From Octopus vulgaris (taxonomy: Eukaryota): a stretch of DNA of 64,000 bases. The DNA lies in contig OX597825.1 of NCBI GenBank assembly GCA_951406725.2, positions 15,810,001 through 15,874,000 on the forward strand, in the 5' to 3' direction. Below the pieces are notes generated by a model, which was not told the DNA's origin, did no database searches, and saw nothing but the letters and a program-made list of their open reading frames with translations. Each line of letters opens with the position of its first letter. Position 1 is the stretch's first letter. Shown piece after piece: positions 13,809 through 26,463 of the stretch. The position numbers and the translations under genes were made by a program.

Positions 13809-13907
13809 TTGGCATTGTTGTACTTTTATTGCACTTGGCATTGTCGCACTTTTATTGCACTTCGCATTGTTGCACTTTTATTGCACTTGGCGTTGTTGCA
13901 CTTTTAT
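13809..13907. repeat. 26-bp minisatellite (TTGGCATTGTTGCACTTTTATTGCAC), about 4 units
   Basis: Direct reading of the sequence. Confidence 0.88.
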
Positions 13908-14154
13908 ACAACAGTTTTCTTTTCTGTATCAACGGATATATTTATATTTCTACAACCGCTTTCATGCTCTGTAAGTACCTTGCTCACTTCACTTTTAATT
14001 TCATCATTTCTCCAGCAAAAACAACCAATAACAATTAGTACAATCTTTACGTTGTATCCTCTTGTCCTGTGCGCAATATTTCAAGAACTATTAACCTCTC
14101 TTTTCTTGGTTTCTCACTTTGTTCTTCTTGTGTGCATGTATATATTTTCACTGC

Positions 14155-14545
14155 GTGGAGGCGCAATGGCCCAGTGGTTAGGGCAGCGGACTCGCGGTCA
14201 TAGGATCGCGGTTTCGATTCCCAGACCGGGCGTTGTGAGTGTTTATTGAGCGAAAACACCTAAAAGCTCCACGAGGCTCCGGCAGGGGATGGTGGTGATC
14301 CCTGCTGTACTCTTTCACCACAACTTTCTTTCACTCTTACTTCCTGTTTCTGTTGTACCTGTATTTCAAAGGGCCGGCCTTGTCACTCTCTGTGTCACGC
14401 TGAATATCCCCGAGAACTACGTTAAAGGTGCACGTGTCTGTGGAGTGCTCAGCCACTTACACGTTAATTTCACGAGCAGGCTGTTCCGTTAATTCGGATC
14501 AACCGGAACCCTCGTCGTCGTAACCGACGGAGTGCTTCCAATCCT
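14155..14545 (+). mobile_element. Full-length family C tRNA-derived SINE
   Basis: tRNA-like head. ATTTTCACTG occurs on both flanks as a probable TSD. Confidence 0.9.
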
Positions 14546-14616
14546 AATTTTCACTGTTAAAGAACATTATCATAAATAATATATTTTTGGTCGGTATTTT
14601 CTCTTATTATCTCTAT

Positions 14617-16095
14617 CCTTCAGGCAATCACGCATTTATGCATAAAATATTCAAACTTCCAACTCATTTTATTCAATCTGCTCTTCGTATCCCATCTGGT
14701 TTTATATCGCGCTAAAATCTTTTTTCCGGCCGATCCTTGATTTGCTAACGGTGCTTATAGAAACCATTAATGTATTTGTAAGATCGTTTCACATAATCAT
14801 TCCCTGCAAATGTTTTACGAAAGAGTCCAGAAGCTGGCTACCCGCATGGTTCACGGTCTCAAAAATTTGTCCTACGAAGAAAGGCTGAGGACGCTCGACC
14901 TTTATTCTCTTGAAAAACGCCGCCGCCGTGGTGATCTCATTCTCGCCCACAACATCATAAGCGGAAAGCGTAACCTCTCGAAAGAGCTGTTCTTCACTCC
15001 TGCTCCAGAGCGTCGGCTGCAGGGTCATTCCGAAAAGCTCTACCTGCGACGATTTCATCTAAATCGAAGGAGAGGAGCTTTCTCCGTCCGGGTTGCGGAT
15101 CCGTGGAACAAGCTGCCAGACGAGATGGTGAAGATGCCGACGACCGCTTTGTTCAAAGCCTCCCTGGACCTCAAGTGGCCTGAACTCTTTACATGAACAC
15201 CACCCTGTACTTAACTCCATGTCCCCCTACATGGCCTTGCTATTTGCTTTTGAGCCAAATTAACTAACTAACTAACTAACTAACTAACATTAATGTATTG
15301 TAAGATCGTTTCACATAATCATTCCCTGCAAATGTTTTACTTCCAGACATCAGATAGTAAACTTCCTCGTTCCTATTTACACAAATTTTGATGTCACTCT
15401 CTACTTCCCGCTTAAATTATACTCTCTACTTTTCGTTTTTTTTTGTTCCAACATATTAAAACTGAAACACGTGTTACAAGAATCCAGAAACAGCTTAACC
15501 ATTCATTGCTCTTATTCTTTTCCTTTTTTTAAATCTCAGTTGTTAAAGACCTTTATTCCATACAGTTATCTTTATACTGGTTGTATACTGTCAATCTAAC
15601 AAGAACGTGACAGTAGGGGTACACCACCGCTGTATAGCCCTAGTGGTGTACCCCCTACTGTCACGTTCTTGTTAGATTGACAGTATACAACCATTCTATC
15701 GCCCCAACACCGTACATGTCTCTACGAGAGATTTAGAAATTCAATATTTCTTATCTTTATACTACTTAAATTCAAAATTCCGCTGAGTTCTTTGTCTACC
15801 TTCTCTTTTTTTGTTAACATCTCTCCGATTTCCATTCAACGTTTCCTACATTAATTCTGGTTTCTCCGTCATCGAATTTCACCTTTTCTTCGACATTAAA
15901 CATTCTATAATCTGCTTCTCTTTAAATAAAACAATATCCTTTCTTCCCATCTTTCTTGCATGCAGTATTTATATGCCATGTAACGTGTCACTCTAACTTT
16001 TGTTTCATTGTCTACATCTTTCATATTCCTGACACCTGTGCTTCAGTTTTTCCTTGTCAGGAATAATCTTGCATTATTCGCTTGTCTGCCAACTG
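14617..16095 (-). mobile_element. Ancient degraded repeat, possibly L1/Tx1-like; second copy at about 18856-19130
   Basis: 14617-14818 plus 15341-15410 aligns by eye to 18856-19130. The minus strand is A-rich with stop-riddled frames. The clade assignment is weak. Confidence 0.4.
14819..15287 (+). mobile_element. CR1-clade LINE 3' end with (TAAC)n tail
   Basis: ERVQKLATRMVHGLKNLSYEERLRTLDLYSLEKRRRRGDLI...FSVRVADPWNKLP is a canonical CR1 ORF2 C-terminus. The ORF is uninterrupted. Confidence 0.95.
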
Positions 16096-16318
16096 TTGCT
16101 ACTATTGCTGTTGCTGTTGTCGTTGTTGTTGTTCTTCTTCTTGTTCTTGTTCTTGTTCTTCTTCTTCTTCTTCTTCTTCTTCTTCTTCTTCTTCTTCTTC
16201 TTCTTCTTCTTGATGTTGTTACTTTTCCTGATCCGTATTACTATTTCGTCCTTCTTCTCCTCTTTCTTCCTGAGCTCTACCACAATCATCATCATCATCA
16301 TCATCATTTTCTTCTTCG

Positions 16319-16359
<41 letters not shown>

Positions 16360-16650
16360 TAATTTTGCTTGTCCTTCTTTCTTCTTCCTCTCTTCCTTTT
16401 TTTCATCACAATCCTCCCATCCCTCTCCCATCCCTCTCCCATCCCTCTCCCATCCCTCTCCCATCCCTCTCCCATCCCTCTCCCATCCCTCTCCCATCCC
16501 TCTCCCTCCATCCTCTCCACACGTTCTTCATCTGTCTTACAATGATTGACGCCATAAACGATCGAATAAAAGGCTTTAGCCTTTCCCCCAAACTCCCAAC
16601 AGCCCTCTTCACCCCCTACACCACCACCACCACCACCACCACCACCACCC
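16094..16650. repeat. Simple-repeat cluster: (GTT)n, (CTT)n, (CAT)n, (CT)n, 11-bp (CCCATCCCTCT)x~8, (CAC)n
   Basis: Direct reading. Explains ORF 16008-16718. Confidence 0.95.
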
Positions 16651-16934
16651 TCTGTCCCACCGTCCTCGCTGCAGTGGCAGAAGGAAGAGAGGAAGAGAGG
16701 AAGGTTGTGTACAGCTGATTTATATCTCTCTTTATCCTGTTACAATACGAACTTCAGAAACTGGAAAAGAGAAGAAATAGTCTTTTCATCGCTTAGTGCG
16801 AGAGTGGGGGAAAAGGCAATGCCATAACACATCATGGGATCTCTGATATTGGTGGGAAGGATTGAAGGGGGAAAGGCATCCTGGAGCGGATATGTGACCG
16901 GAATGCTTACGCCGGAGTGGACTCTACTGACTGG

Positions 16935-17320
16935 TACTCCGTCGGTTACGACGATGATAAGGGTTCCTGTTGATCCGAACAATGGAACAGCCTGCTCGTG
17001 AAATTGAAGTGCAAGTGGCTGAGCACTCCACAGACACGCGTATCCTTAACGTAGTTCTCAGAGAGATTCAGCCTGACACAGAACGTGACAAAGGTGGCCC
17101 TTTGAAATACAGGTACAGCTCATCTTTACCCGCTGATAGGACTGGAGCAACGTGAAATAAAGTGTGTTGCTAGAGGGCACAATGCATCGCCGGGAATCGA
17201 ACTCACGACCTTACGACTGTGAGCCGAACTGCTTGGCCAAGGTGCTACGTAGTGGGACTGAACCCGGAACCATGTGGTTCGTAAGCAAGCTACTTACCAC
17301 ACAACCACTCCTACGCCTAT
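16935..17320 (-). mobile_element. Family C-related SINE plus a family A head fragment
   Basis: Reverse complement of the shared tail GGAACCCTTATCATCGTCGTAACCGACGGAGT. Family A head at 17236-17320. Confidence 0.8.
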
Positions 17321-17589
17321 TTAATATTTCTTTCATTTAGAGTATGTTGACCATGGCGACCACCACTCTTTTTCAGAATAAATCAGTAATCCGGAAAGGC
17401 TTTGGAACCATAAGTTCCGGAGAATCGATGTTGTACCTGTATCTCAAAAGACAACGGATTAACACTTGATAAGTTCCTCTCCATAACACAAGCCTGGACT
17501 ACAACGATATTTTTATAAGAAACCAGTATTGGCCATGCATTTACAAGTGTTTTCTCGCTTTCTCTTGATGTTTACTTAATGTAAGTATG

Positions 17590-18115
17590 TACCGTAAATC
17601 TTCGAGTATAATCCGCCCTTGAGTATAATACGCAGGGGATTTCTCGGTGGCTGTACTTCTGAAAAACCTAAACCTTGTGTATAATACGCACTCCTTCTCT
17701 AACCTGAGTCGTGCGTAATTAAGCTAGCAGCACCTAGTCGAACAAACACTTCTGTGCATGCGTAATACAATAATGGTGATGTTCTTAACTGTTATATGGG
17801 AATGTAAATATGTTTGCAAATTGTTTTTGTTACATGTTATTCTTTGTTCTGAATACTTTTATTTTAATAAATGTTGCTTACTGCAAATTATGGATGATTC
17901 TTTTATGACTTTATTGCTTTCATGCTTAGCTTAAGGTATTTTCGCGCCCGACATCACAAAATGCGTCTGAATAAACATTGCCGGATAGCAAATAGAGACT
18001 CGGACATTGCTTAGAAAATATTTTTCATTTTTAACCTCGTATATAGTACGCACTAGGGATTTTGAACTTTAAATTTTGGGGAAAAAATGCGGATTATAAT
18101 CAAGGATTTACGGTA
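17590..18115. mobile_element. Tc1/mariner-pogo-type MITE
   Basis: TIRs TACCGTAAATCTTCGAGTATAATCCGC / GCGGATTATAATCAAGGATTTACGGTA, TA at both ends, subterminal GTATAATACGCA repeats. Confidence 0.85.
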
Positions 18116-18424
18116 TATATTAATAGTAATGATGGACATTTTTGTCGTTCACCGCAGATGAGGGTCCTGCAGTTTCTTGTTGAATAACCTGCATACATGG
18201 TTTGATTTGTTTATAGTGATCCATTGTCTGCGCTATACATTAGTTCACTCCCTCCATTAAAAATCTATAAACTTCAAAATTATTGAGATTAAGTTAGGTA
18301 AACATGCACCATAAACTGTTTTATCTAAAATTTCTAACAGTTATCTGGGCTACATAACATATGCCACAGGAGATTGTTAGAACACTGAAAACAAATTGAG
18401 TTTGTGCAATCTGCCATAAATAGC

Positions 18425-18688
18425 CCAAAACACCTTTTGAGCTTGAGCGTGGTCGTTGCCAGAACTACCTGACTGGCCCTCGTGCCGGTGGCGCGTAAAA
18501 AGCACCCACTACACTCTCGGAGTGGTTGGGGTTAGGAAGGGCATCCAGCTGTAGAAGCTTTGCCAGACCAGACTGGAGCCTGGTGCAGCCTTCTGGCTCA
18601 CCAGTCCTCAGTCAAGCCATCAAACCCTTGCCAGTATGGAAAGCGGACATTAAACGATGATGATGATGACGATGATGATGATGATGAG
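18425..18688 (+). mobile_element. RTE 3' UTR fragment with (GAT)n tail
   Basis: Matches the 3' end of the RTE at 46800-47175 (AGCACCCACTACACTC...TTAGGAAGGGCATCCAGCTGTAGAA...AAACGATGATGAT). Confidence 0.88.
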
Positions 18689-19287
18689 TTTTTGCTCAAG
18701 AGCGCAACATACCACCAAATCAAGGAATCGAGACCACGACCTTACGATCATAAATGCAACGCCTTAACCACTGGTTCACACGCCTTCACTTTGTAACATG
18801 CCATATTAATAAACGACATCTGCTTTTGATGGGTATTTTTTCAAATTAAAACTGTCCTTCAGGCAACGATGCATTTACGCATATAATATTCAAACTTCCA
18901 ACACAGCTTATTTAATGCAATTTTTTTTTACCCCCCATCTGGTTTTATATCTCACTGAAATTTTTACCAGCCAATCTTTGCTTTGCTCAGTGCTGATAAA
19001 AACCATTAATGTATTGTAATATCATTTCATATAATCATTCCCTACAAATGTTTTAATTCCAGACATCGCATAATAAACTATCTCACTTTTATTTACACAA
19101 ATTTGATGTCACTTTCTGCTTCTCGTTTAACTTCTTCTACGCCCTAATTTATCTTTCGCCATTTTAATGAAGAAATACATTTTCTGGGGCTTAATTACAG
19201 GTTATCTATCCATGGTTCTTTTTTGTTCGTTTATTAGGTTGTTCTAATCAAAGCCATTTAGAATCTTCACTATACTGTATTATCTTT

Positions 19288-19501
19288 TATACTCTTTTAC
19301 TCGTTTACTTGTTTCAGTCATTTGACTGTGGCCATGCTGGAGCACCACCTTTAGTCGAGCAAATCGACCCCAGTACTTATTCTTTGGAAGCCTAGTACTT
19401 ATTCTATCAATCGCTTTTTGCCGAACCGCTAAGTCACGGAGGCGCAAACACACCAGCATCGGTTGTCAAGTGATGTTGGGTGGACAAACACAGACATACA
19501 A

Positions 19502-19555
<54 letters not shown>

Positions 19556-19654
19556 AGAAAATGGAGGAATACACTTTAATTGGGTGCTTCACTGGCAGTA
19601 TATTGGATATATGTTATCCCATAGAGGTTTACACTCACAACCACTATCTCAATT

Positions 19655-19703
<49 letters not shown>

Positions 19704-20315
19704 GACGGGTTTCTTTCAGTTTCCGTCTACCAAATCCACTCACAAGGCTTTGTTCGGCCCGAGACTATAGTAGAAGACACTTGCCCAAGGTGCCACACAG
19801 TGGGACTGAACCCGGAACCATATGGTTGGTAAGCAAGCTACCTACCACACAGCCACTCCTACGCCTATACTGCTTAAGTTTAAAATTTTAGTGAGCTTTT
19901 TGAGGCCTCTTTTTTCGACCCCACATTCTATCTAATTTTTTTCCAGGCATCGCTTTCTGGTTAAGAAGTTCGTTATGCAGCAACTTGCCTTCGGGTCCAG
20001 TTCCCGTTTTGCGACACCTTGGGCAAGTATCTTCTACATAGCCATGGGCCAACCACTGTCTTGTGAGTGAATTTGGCTGACGGAAACTGAAAGAAACTCA
20101 TCGTGTGTGCCTGTGTGTGTTCCCCGCACCGCTTGATTTTGCTTACGTAATTTGCTTCGTAATTTCGTGGTTTCGGTTAAAGAAACCGATAGAATAAACA
20201 CCAGACATTAAAAAAGTACGAGGGTGGTGATTTATTAGACTAAACCTTTCAAGGCGGTGCCCCAGCTTGACCGCAGTTCAATGACTAAACCACGTAGAAG
20301 ATAAACGATAAAAAA
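19288..20315. mobile_element. Family A SINEs: minus copy 19288-19868 (with an insertion in its (TA)n) and plus copy about 19960-20315
   Basis: Match to the family A consensus. Confidence 0.85.
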
Positions 20316-20885
20316 TATACACTATTTTCCAGTCTAGCTTTGTTTTGTGTTCCGTGGTGTAGTGTGAAGCAGTTTCTCCTTCTTATAGTAAGCGCACTGG
20401 AAATCGACTAGAAAGAGTTGTGTTGGTTTGGCCAATGTGAGTTTTGGAATGATATACTTTACGATTTTCCCATTGACAATCGAAATACTAAATCACGTTA
20501 TCAATCTCTCATAAAACAGAACATAAAATACGCCACACTGAACCATAAATTAACAGTAATAATACACTTGATATACTACAAAAACATAAAAATTAGAAAC
20601 TTTCTTATCAAACAAAAGAAACACCAGAATGTAGATTCGTGAACAAACTATAAATTACCGATATGATTATAAATTCGATTGTCTGCATGGAAGTTGTATA
20701 CTCTCCCTTTGAAATGTTATTGGGGCACCATCCTCTAAAGCAATATTTACAACCATGTTTTTATAAAACTTTCCCAGAATGCTAATAGTAGGTGTAACAT
20801 AAACTTTCTGTATAACAATATCATTAGTTCAGATCTGGATAAGCCTGATAAAAGATAAAAGCTTGTTTTTTTCTTCTCAGTAGTG

Positions 20886-20917
<32 letters not shown>

Positions 20918-21158
20918 TGTATGCATGTATGTATGTATTATGTATGTATGTATGTATGCATGTATGTATGTATGTATGTATGTATGTATGCATGCATGTA
21001 TGTATGTATGTGTGTGCGTGTGTGTATACTATATTTGTGAGTTAACAAGGCAACCAATGGTTTCATTAGAAGTGATCTTCACAATTATTCAAGCATGCTA
21101 CGTAGAAGTGTTGGTACAGGTCTCCATTTTGGATGAGAATACTGATATTAGCGTTTAC

Positions 21159-21199
<41 letters not shown>

Positions 21200-21489
21200 T
21201 CTATCTATATATATATACTTATATATTGATCATTCATTTTTATACCTTTTGAGATCTAGTTATATGTTTTATAAAAATATATATTAGTTATTTATGTTTT
21301 GGTTTATGTTTATCACTGTTTGAGTTGCATAATAGTGATTTTATCTCTAATTTATATTATATTATACTATATATATATATATATATATAGCTTGCCCGCC
21401 TAGCCAGCGGGGTGGCATCATTCGAAACTACACCAATGTGAGGAAGTGTACTATGATTAGTGGTACATAACAACACCCGACAGCCTAGT

Positions 21490-21945
21490 CACAGTCGGTA
21501 TGTATATACATGTGTATGATTGTGTGTAGTTGTGGAATCAGTGTATGTATGTTCATGCCTGCAAGCCTATTGTGTGTATATCTGTGTGAGTGTTTGTATG
21601 TGAATGTATGTCTGTAATGGATGAATGTATGTTTGAACTTTGAATGTGTGTCTGTGTTGTTGATTGGCTTGTATGTTATTATATCACTGTGTGTATATAC
21701 ATGCATGCGTCTGCCATGTATGCGCATTGGCGTGAGTACAGGTGAATGTGGATAGCTTAGTTGATTTAAGGATGGCGTTATTAAAGGAAAGGGGATTATA
21801 AATTGAGTCCATGAGGGCAAAAGTTTGAAGATAAAACATAAATTACGGTTCACTACGGAGATGAAAACCTTGTAACTACATATTCTATCATGATTCACAG
21901 AGATTCTTCTCTGGTTCACTGAATTACCATACCAGATAATGTGTT
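21490..21945 (-). mobile_element. Degraded Penelope-like 3' end
   Basis: Minus strand gives FIFKL...PHGLN (typical PLE GIY-YIG terminus), followed by a CA-rich tail as at 5575-6620. Confidence 0.55.
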
Positions 21946-22281
21946 TGAGTGAGTGAATGAATAGGGAGGGAAGGGAGAGGAGGAAGGGAAGGGGAGAGGT
22001 TGAGTGAGTAAATGAGGGAGGGAAGAAGGGAGATAGTGAATGAGTGAGGAATTTAGTGAGGGAGAGAGCAAGTGTGAGAGGAAAGGAAGGACGAAATAAC
22101 AGAAGATGGAAGGAGGGTGTGAGTGAGTGAGTGTTGCGCAAAACTTCATTGTTTTTAATTCTTGACTTATCTATAATCATAGATAACCAGTGGCGCAGTC
22201 GTGGCGCAGTGTGGTAAGAAGCTTGCTTCCCAACCACATGATTCTGGGTTCAGTCCCACTGCGTGGCACCTTAGTCAAGTG

Positions 22282-22902
22282 TCTTCTACTATAGCCTCGG
22301 GCAGTATATAGTGATTGGACGATAAGCGTAAGCCAGTGTCAACGGTAGTTCCAGAAATTCCAAGCCGGAAACTACAGCTCAGAAGATGAGCCTCGTCCAG
22401 GAAGATCTGTAGAGCTCGAGGAGGACGACCTGGTGGGGTTGTAACTGTTAACCATTCATCGACACCTGCGCTAGAAGAAAATCGACCATCTTTGGTTTCA
22501 AGACGAAAGGTGTTCTTCCATCAGGATTATTTATGTTCGGCCAAATACAGTGAGGACGACATTCCAAAGGCTGAAGCAGTTTGAATGGTAAACAATACCT
22601 CACCCACCATATTCGCCAGACATTGCCCCATCTGATTATCATTTATTCCGCAGTTTTCAAAATCATTTCGATTGAAAAAATATGAATTCTGTAGACGAGG
22701 TCAGAACAGTACTGGAGGAGTGTTTTCGTCATGGACAAGAGAATTTTGGAAGAGGGGCCTTGCAAGTCTACCAGATAAATGGAGGAGCATTGTAGAAGAT
22801 GAAGGAGTGTACATTTTAGATTTAAAAAGAACTTTGTTTATCTTAATTTTGAAAAATAAAGGAAGTATTAAAAAAACGCATTATTTATGGGATGACCCAA
22901 TA
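22282..22902 (+). mobile_element. Internally deleted mariner transposon
   Basis: N-terminal SQCQR*FQKFQAGNYSSEDEPRPGRS is joined to C-terminal KVFFHQD...IPHPPYSPDIAPSDYHLFRSFQNHF (YSPDLAPSD motif, D,D34D). Right TIR GCATTATTTATGGGATGACCCAATA. Confidence 0.92.
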
Positions 22903-23471
22903 AAAACAAACCCCAGCTGTGATCCCATTTATATTCCCTACGCTAAACAAATTGGCGATTAAAGTTTAACAATTGCTTCTAACAACGATTTCCTACCCAT
23001 CAGAGACCCAAGCTTCCCCAGGTAACAACGAAAGCAAGAACACATCCTACATCTGGTATCATATTTTAGACAAATCTTACATCTGATATCTTATTTTATG
23101 TTGCTAAGAAACGAAGTCGATAAATTACAGAACTGAATATTTAATCAAGTTAAAGAACTTTGCCCATTTGAGCAGCAGAACGGCAGCTGTGGAAACAATG
23201 GCTAGCACAGAGCGACAAATAGTCTGTCTTGAAGATCAAATACGCAGAATTTTGGAGTCAATTATCTTGAAAAAATACTTAAAACGGTGCTACAATTCAG
23301 CCGTTAGTTTTTACGGTGTCCAGCAAGCAATGAAACATTTAACTGCGTTGGAACTTTTTATCGATAATTCAAATAGAACATCATGATCTTCGTTTTTATT
23401 ATCAAAACTAGAACAATTTATTTCTTTTAAATAATGCATAAATTGAATTAAAAGTAGAATCACTCACTCTT

Positions 23472-23548
<77 letters not shown>

Positions 23549-23670
23549 ATTTAGGGTATCTAAGAGACCACCACGCTGGAAATATCAGTCAAAACTTGAC
23601 TCTAAAGCCACATTAAATGTTCATACTGCACCAGAAGAGACAAAATAAACTAGCAAAAAATTACTGGATA

Positions 23671-23729
23671 ATTCTAGATCCCGGATTTCTGATTTTGCAT
23701 AAGAAATGCTTTGCCTTCATCAGTGGAAT
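23671..23729 (-). ncRNA. Degenerate type I hammerhead ribozyme motif in a (TA)n-embedded Penelope-like fragment (about 23540-23790)
   Basis: Minus strand: ATTCCA-CTGATGA-aggcaaaGCATttcttATGCaaaatca-GAAA-TCCGGGA-TC-TAGAAT. The core boxes are in order; stems I and II are imperfect. Confidence 0.5.
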
Positions 23730-23780
23730 ACACTCAGATATCACATAAATACAAATATATACAACATACGATAAACTTAC

Positions 23781-23851
<71 letters not shown>

Positions 23852-24051
23852 ACTCATTTATTTGTTTCGGTCATTTGACTGTGGCCATGCTAGAGCACTG
23901 CCTTTAGTCAAACAAATCGACCCCAGGACTCATTCTTTGTGTGCCTAGTACTTATTCTGACTCTTTTGCCAAACCGCTAAGTTACGGGGACGTAAACACA
24001 CCAGCATCGGTTGTCAAGCGATGGTGGGGGGCCAGCCACAGACACACAAAC

Positions 24052-24083
<32 letters not shown>

Positions 24084-24095
24084 ACACACACACAT

Positions 24096-24146
<51 letters not shown>

Positions 24147-24890
24147 CAGAGAGAGACAGAGAGTGAGAGAGTAAGAGAAGGAGAGAGTGATATGAGGGAC
24201 TCTGCCGTCGAAGACGACATATGGATGTTCAGCGAGAAGACAGAAAAAATATCCAGCCAAATAGACAGTCAACAACATACACATTTTACTTTTGCTACTA
24301 CCTTTACCCAGTGTTTACAATCCATTCTCTTCACCAGGCGACCCCTTATCCGAGTCCTCGGGTCACCAAAAGCAATATGGATTTGAGCATGAGAATGATT
24401 TATTAAACCATCACATGCCCTACCTGAGAAATCACTGTTTGGGCAATGATGATGTGCAGGAAGACTGTTGTTCGGTTGGTTTCTTTTCCAGCTTCCCGTA
24501 ACTGCTGTTGATGTTGTATCTTTTGGATTTCGAAACTTTTAACCTGGATAAAGCACTCTCTCCTCCAATTTCCATAGTTTTTCGCAAGATTCTCAAAGTT
24601 TTCTCTCCTGATGACCCCATACACTTGCTGGCTTCCGGTATGTGGAGTTCTCGACTGGTAGCACTTGCATGTGTAAGTTGTTTGCAAGACATACATAGAC
24701 AAGTAAGACAAAACTATCTAAGACCGACTTCGCCGACTTCTCGGCGACTCGACTTCCTACATCACAGCCTTTGTAACGACCAACACATACCACGTGTCAC
24801 GTGGGAGGGATGTTCCATTATTTTTATTATTATCCCTATAATATATACATTCATTCATACATACAAACATACATACATACATACATACAT

Positions 24891-25446
24891 GGTGGCTGCC
24901 CCCTCGTTATCGAGTATGGCCATTGCACGAAACTTAATCAATGTTGTTATCGTGCAATGCCTGTGCAAGAAGATTTTTTTTAAGTGGGGAAAGGCTTTGC
25001 ACTGAGTCAATCCCCCTCACTAAGCAACAGCAGCCATAATCTGAAAAGAAGAACAAGTCAACATCATCGGTAACCACTGAGCCGCAGGTTTTATGTCGGA
25101 GTTATCCCAGTTACCTGAGTTACCTTCTCCTAGAAGGATGCCCTAACAAAGGCTAGGAGTCTTTCACTCCCAATGGTTTAACTGCGCGATCGGGTATTCA
25201 GTCCGATTATTTCTATGTCCCCGCGCATGATCCAGCCTTAAGACATTTATTGGATGGCCGTTGACGCTCAAGAGTTCCTCCGCCCTTTGACGGGTTTTGT
25301 TTTTCATCCCGAAGGGTATCCAATAAACACCCTCCTCACCAAGCAAGCTTGGTGGGGTTGCCGGTTTAGTCGCCGACGACCCGACCATGCAACAGGTTGT
25401 ACTGGGTTACATGTTACCAGTAGCACTCAAAAGTGATCTGACACTA
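24891..25446 (-). mobile_element. Non-autonomous element resembling an RTE 5' UTR, embedded in (CATA)n
   Basis: Minus strand has GGGTCGTCGGCGACTAAACC and AGCCTTTGTTAGGGCATCCTTCTAGGAGAAGGTAACTC, motifs I recognise from RTE 5' UTRs. (CATA)n on both flanks. Confidence 0.55.
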
Positions 25447-25544
25447 ACATACATACATACATACATACATACATACATACATACATACATACATACATAC
25501 ATACATACATACATACATACATACATACATACATACATACATAG

Positions 25545-25885
25545 AATTACTGAGGCACTGGCATACGTAACACACTGCCTAAGTACCAATTTTGAGAAAT
25601 TAGGCTTCTGAAAACCAGAAAAGAGAGAAAGCTGATTCGAAGACTACAGATCGAAGCCATCATATATACTTAAATAATAAGCTCCTGGAAAGTTTTACAG
25701 ATGTATATAGTACCAGTGATGGCTTCGATCTGTAGTCTTCGAATCAGCTTTCTCGTGCGTATATGCATATATGCACGAGAATACATACATAATGCAAAAC
25801 ATACAAATCTATACATATACATACATACCCTGTTGATGTTGTTTAAATTCCGATGAAGGAACCTTAGGTCTGGAGTAGAAACCGA
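25545..25885 (+). mobile_element. 5'-truncated 3' fragment of the R4/Dong-like LINE, with internal inversion
   Basis: Aligns to 32085-32330 (ACCAAT(C/T)TTGAGAAATTAGGCTTCT...TTCGAAGACTACAGATC...GAGAATACATAC). Confidence 0.85.
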
Positions 25886-25889
25886 TATT

Positions 25890-26252
25890 TATACTCTTTG
25901 ACTGCGGCCACGCTGGAGCACCGCTTTAGTGGAGTAAATCGACCCCGGAACTTATTCTTTGTAAGCCCAGTACTTGTTCTATCGGTCTCTTTTTGCCGAA
26001 CCGCTAAGTGACGGTTGTCAAGCAATGCTAGGGGGACAAACACAGACACACAAACACACACACATACATATATATATATATACATATATATACGACAGGT
26101 TTCTTTCAGTTTCCGCCTACCAAATCCACTCACAAGGCATTGGTCGGCCCGGGGCTATAGCAGAAGACACTTGCCCAAGATGCCACGCAGTGGGACTGAA
26201 CCCGGAACCATGTGGTTGGTTAGCAAGCTACTTACCACACAGCCACTCCTGC
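25890..26252 (-). mobile_element. Family A SINE
   Basis: Consensus match. Same subfamily variants as 38545-38875. Confidence 0.9.
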
Positions 26253-26394
26253 ACTTACTGGCAAGACATTTTGCAATAAAACTAAATAACGACCATATAT
26301 ACTGTACATACATACTTGTTTACATACATATGAACATACGCAAATCCTCACAAATCTTCGCGCGCGCGCACATACACACACACACACACACATG

Positions 26395-26463
<69 letters not shown>

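Noticed and set aside
14155-14225. tRNA-like sequences with A/B boxes (many copies)
   Set aside because: SINE heads: they continue into SINE bodies and lack a proper acceptor stem.
16008-16718. 236-aa ORF with hydrophobic, His and Pro runs
   Set aside because: Concatenated simple repeats.
24240-24800. Overlapping ORFs in non-microsatellite sequence
   Set aside because: No recognisable domain or consistent splice pattern. Probably old transposon debris.
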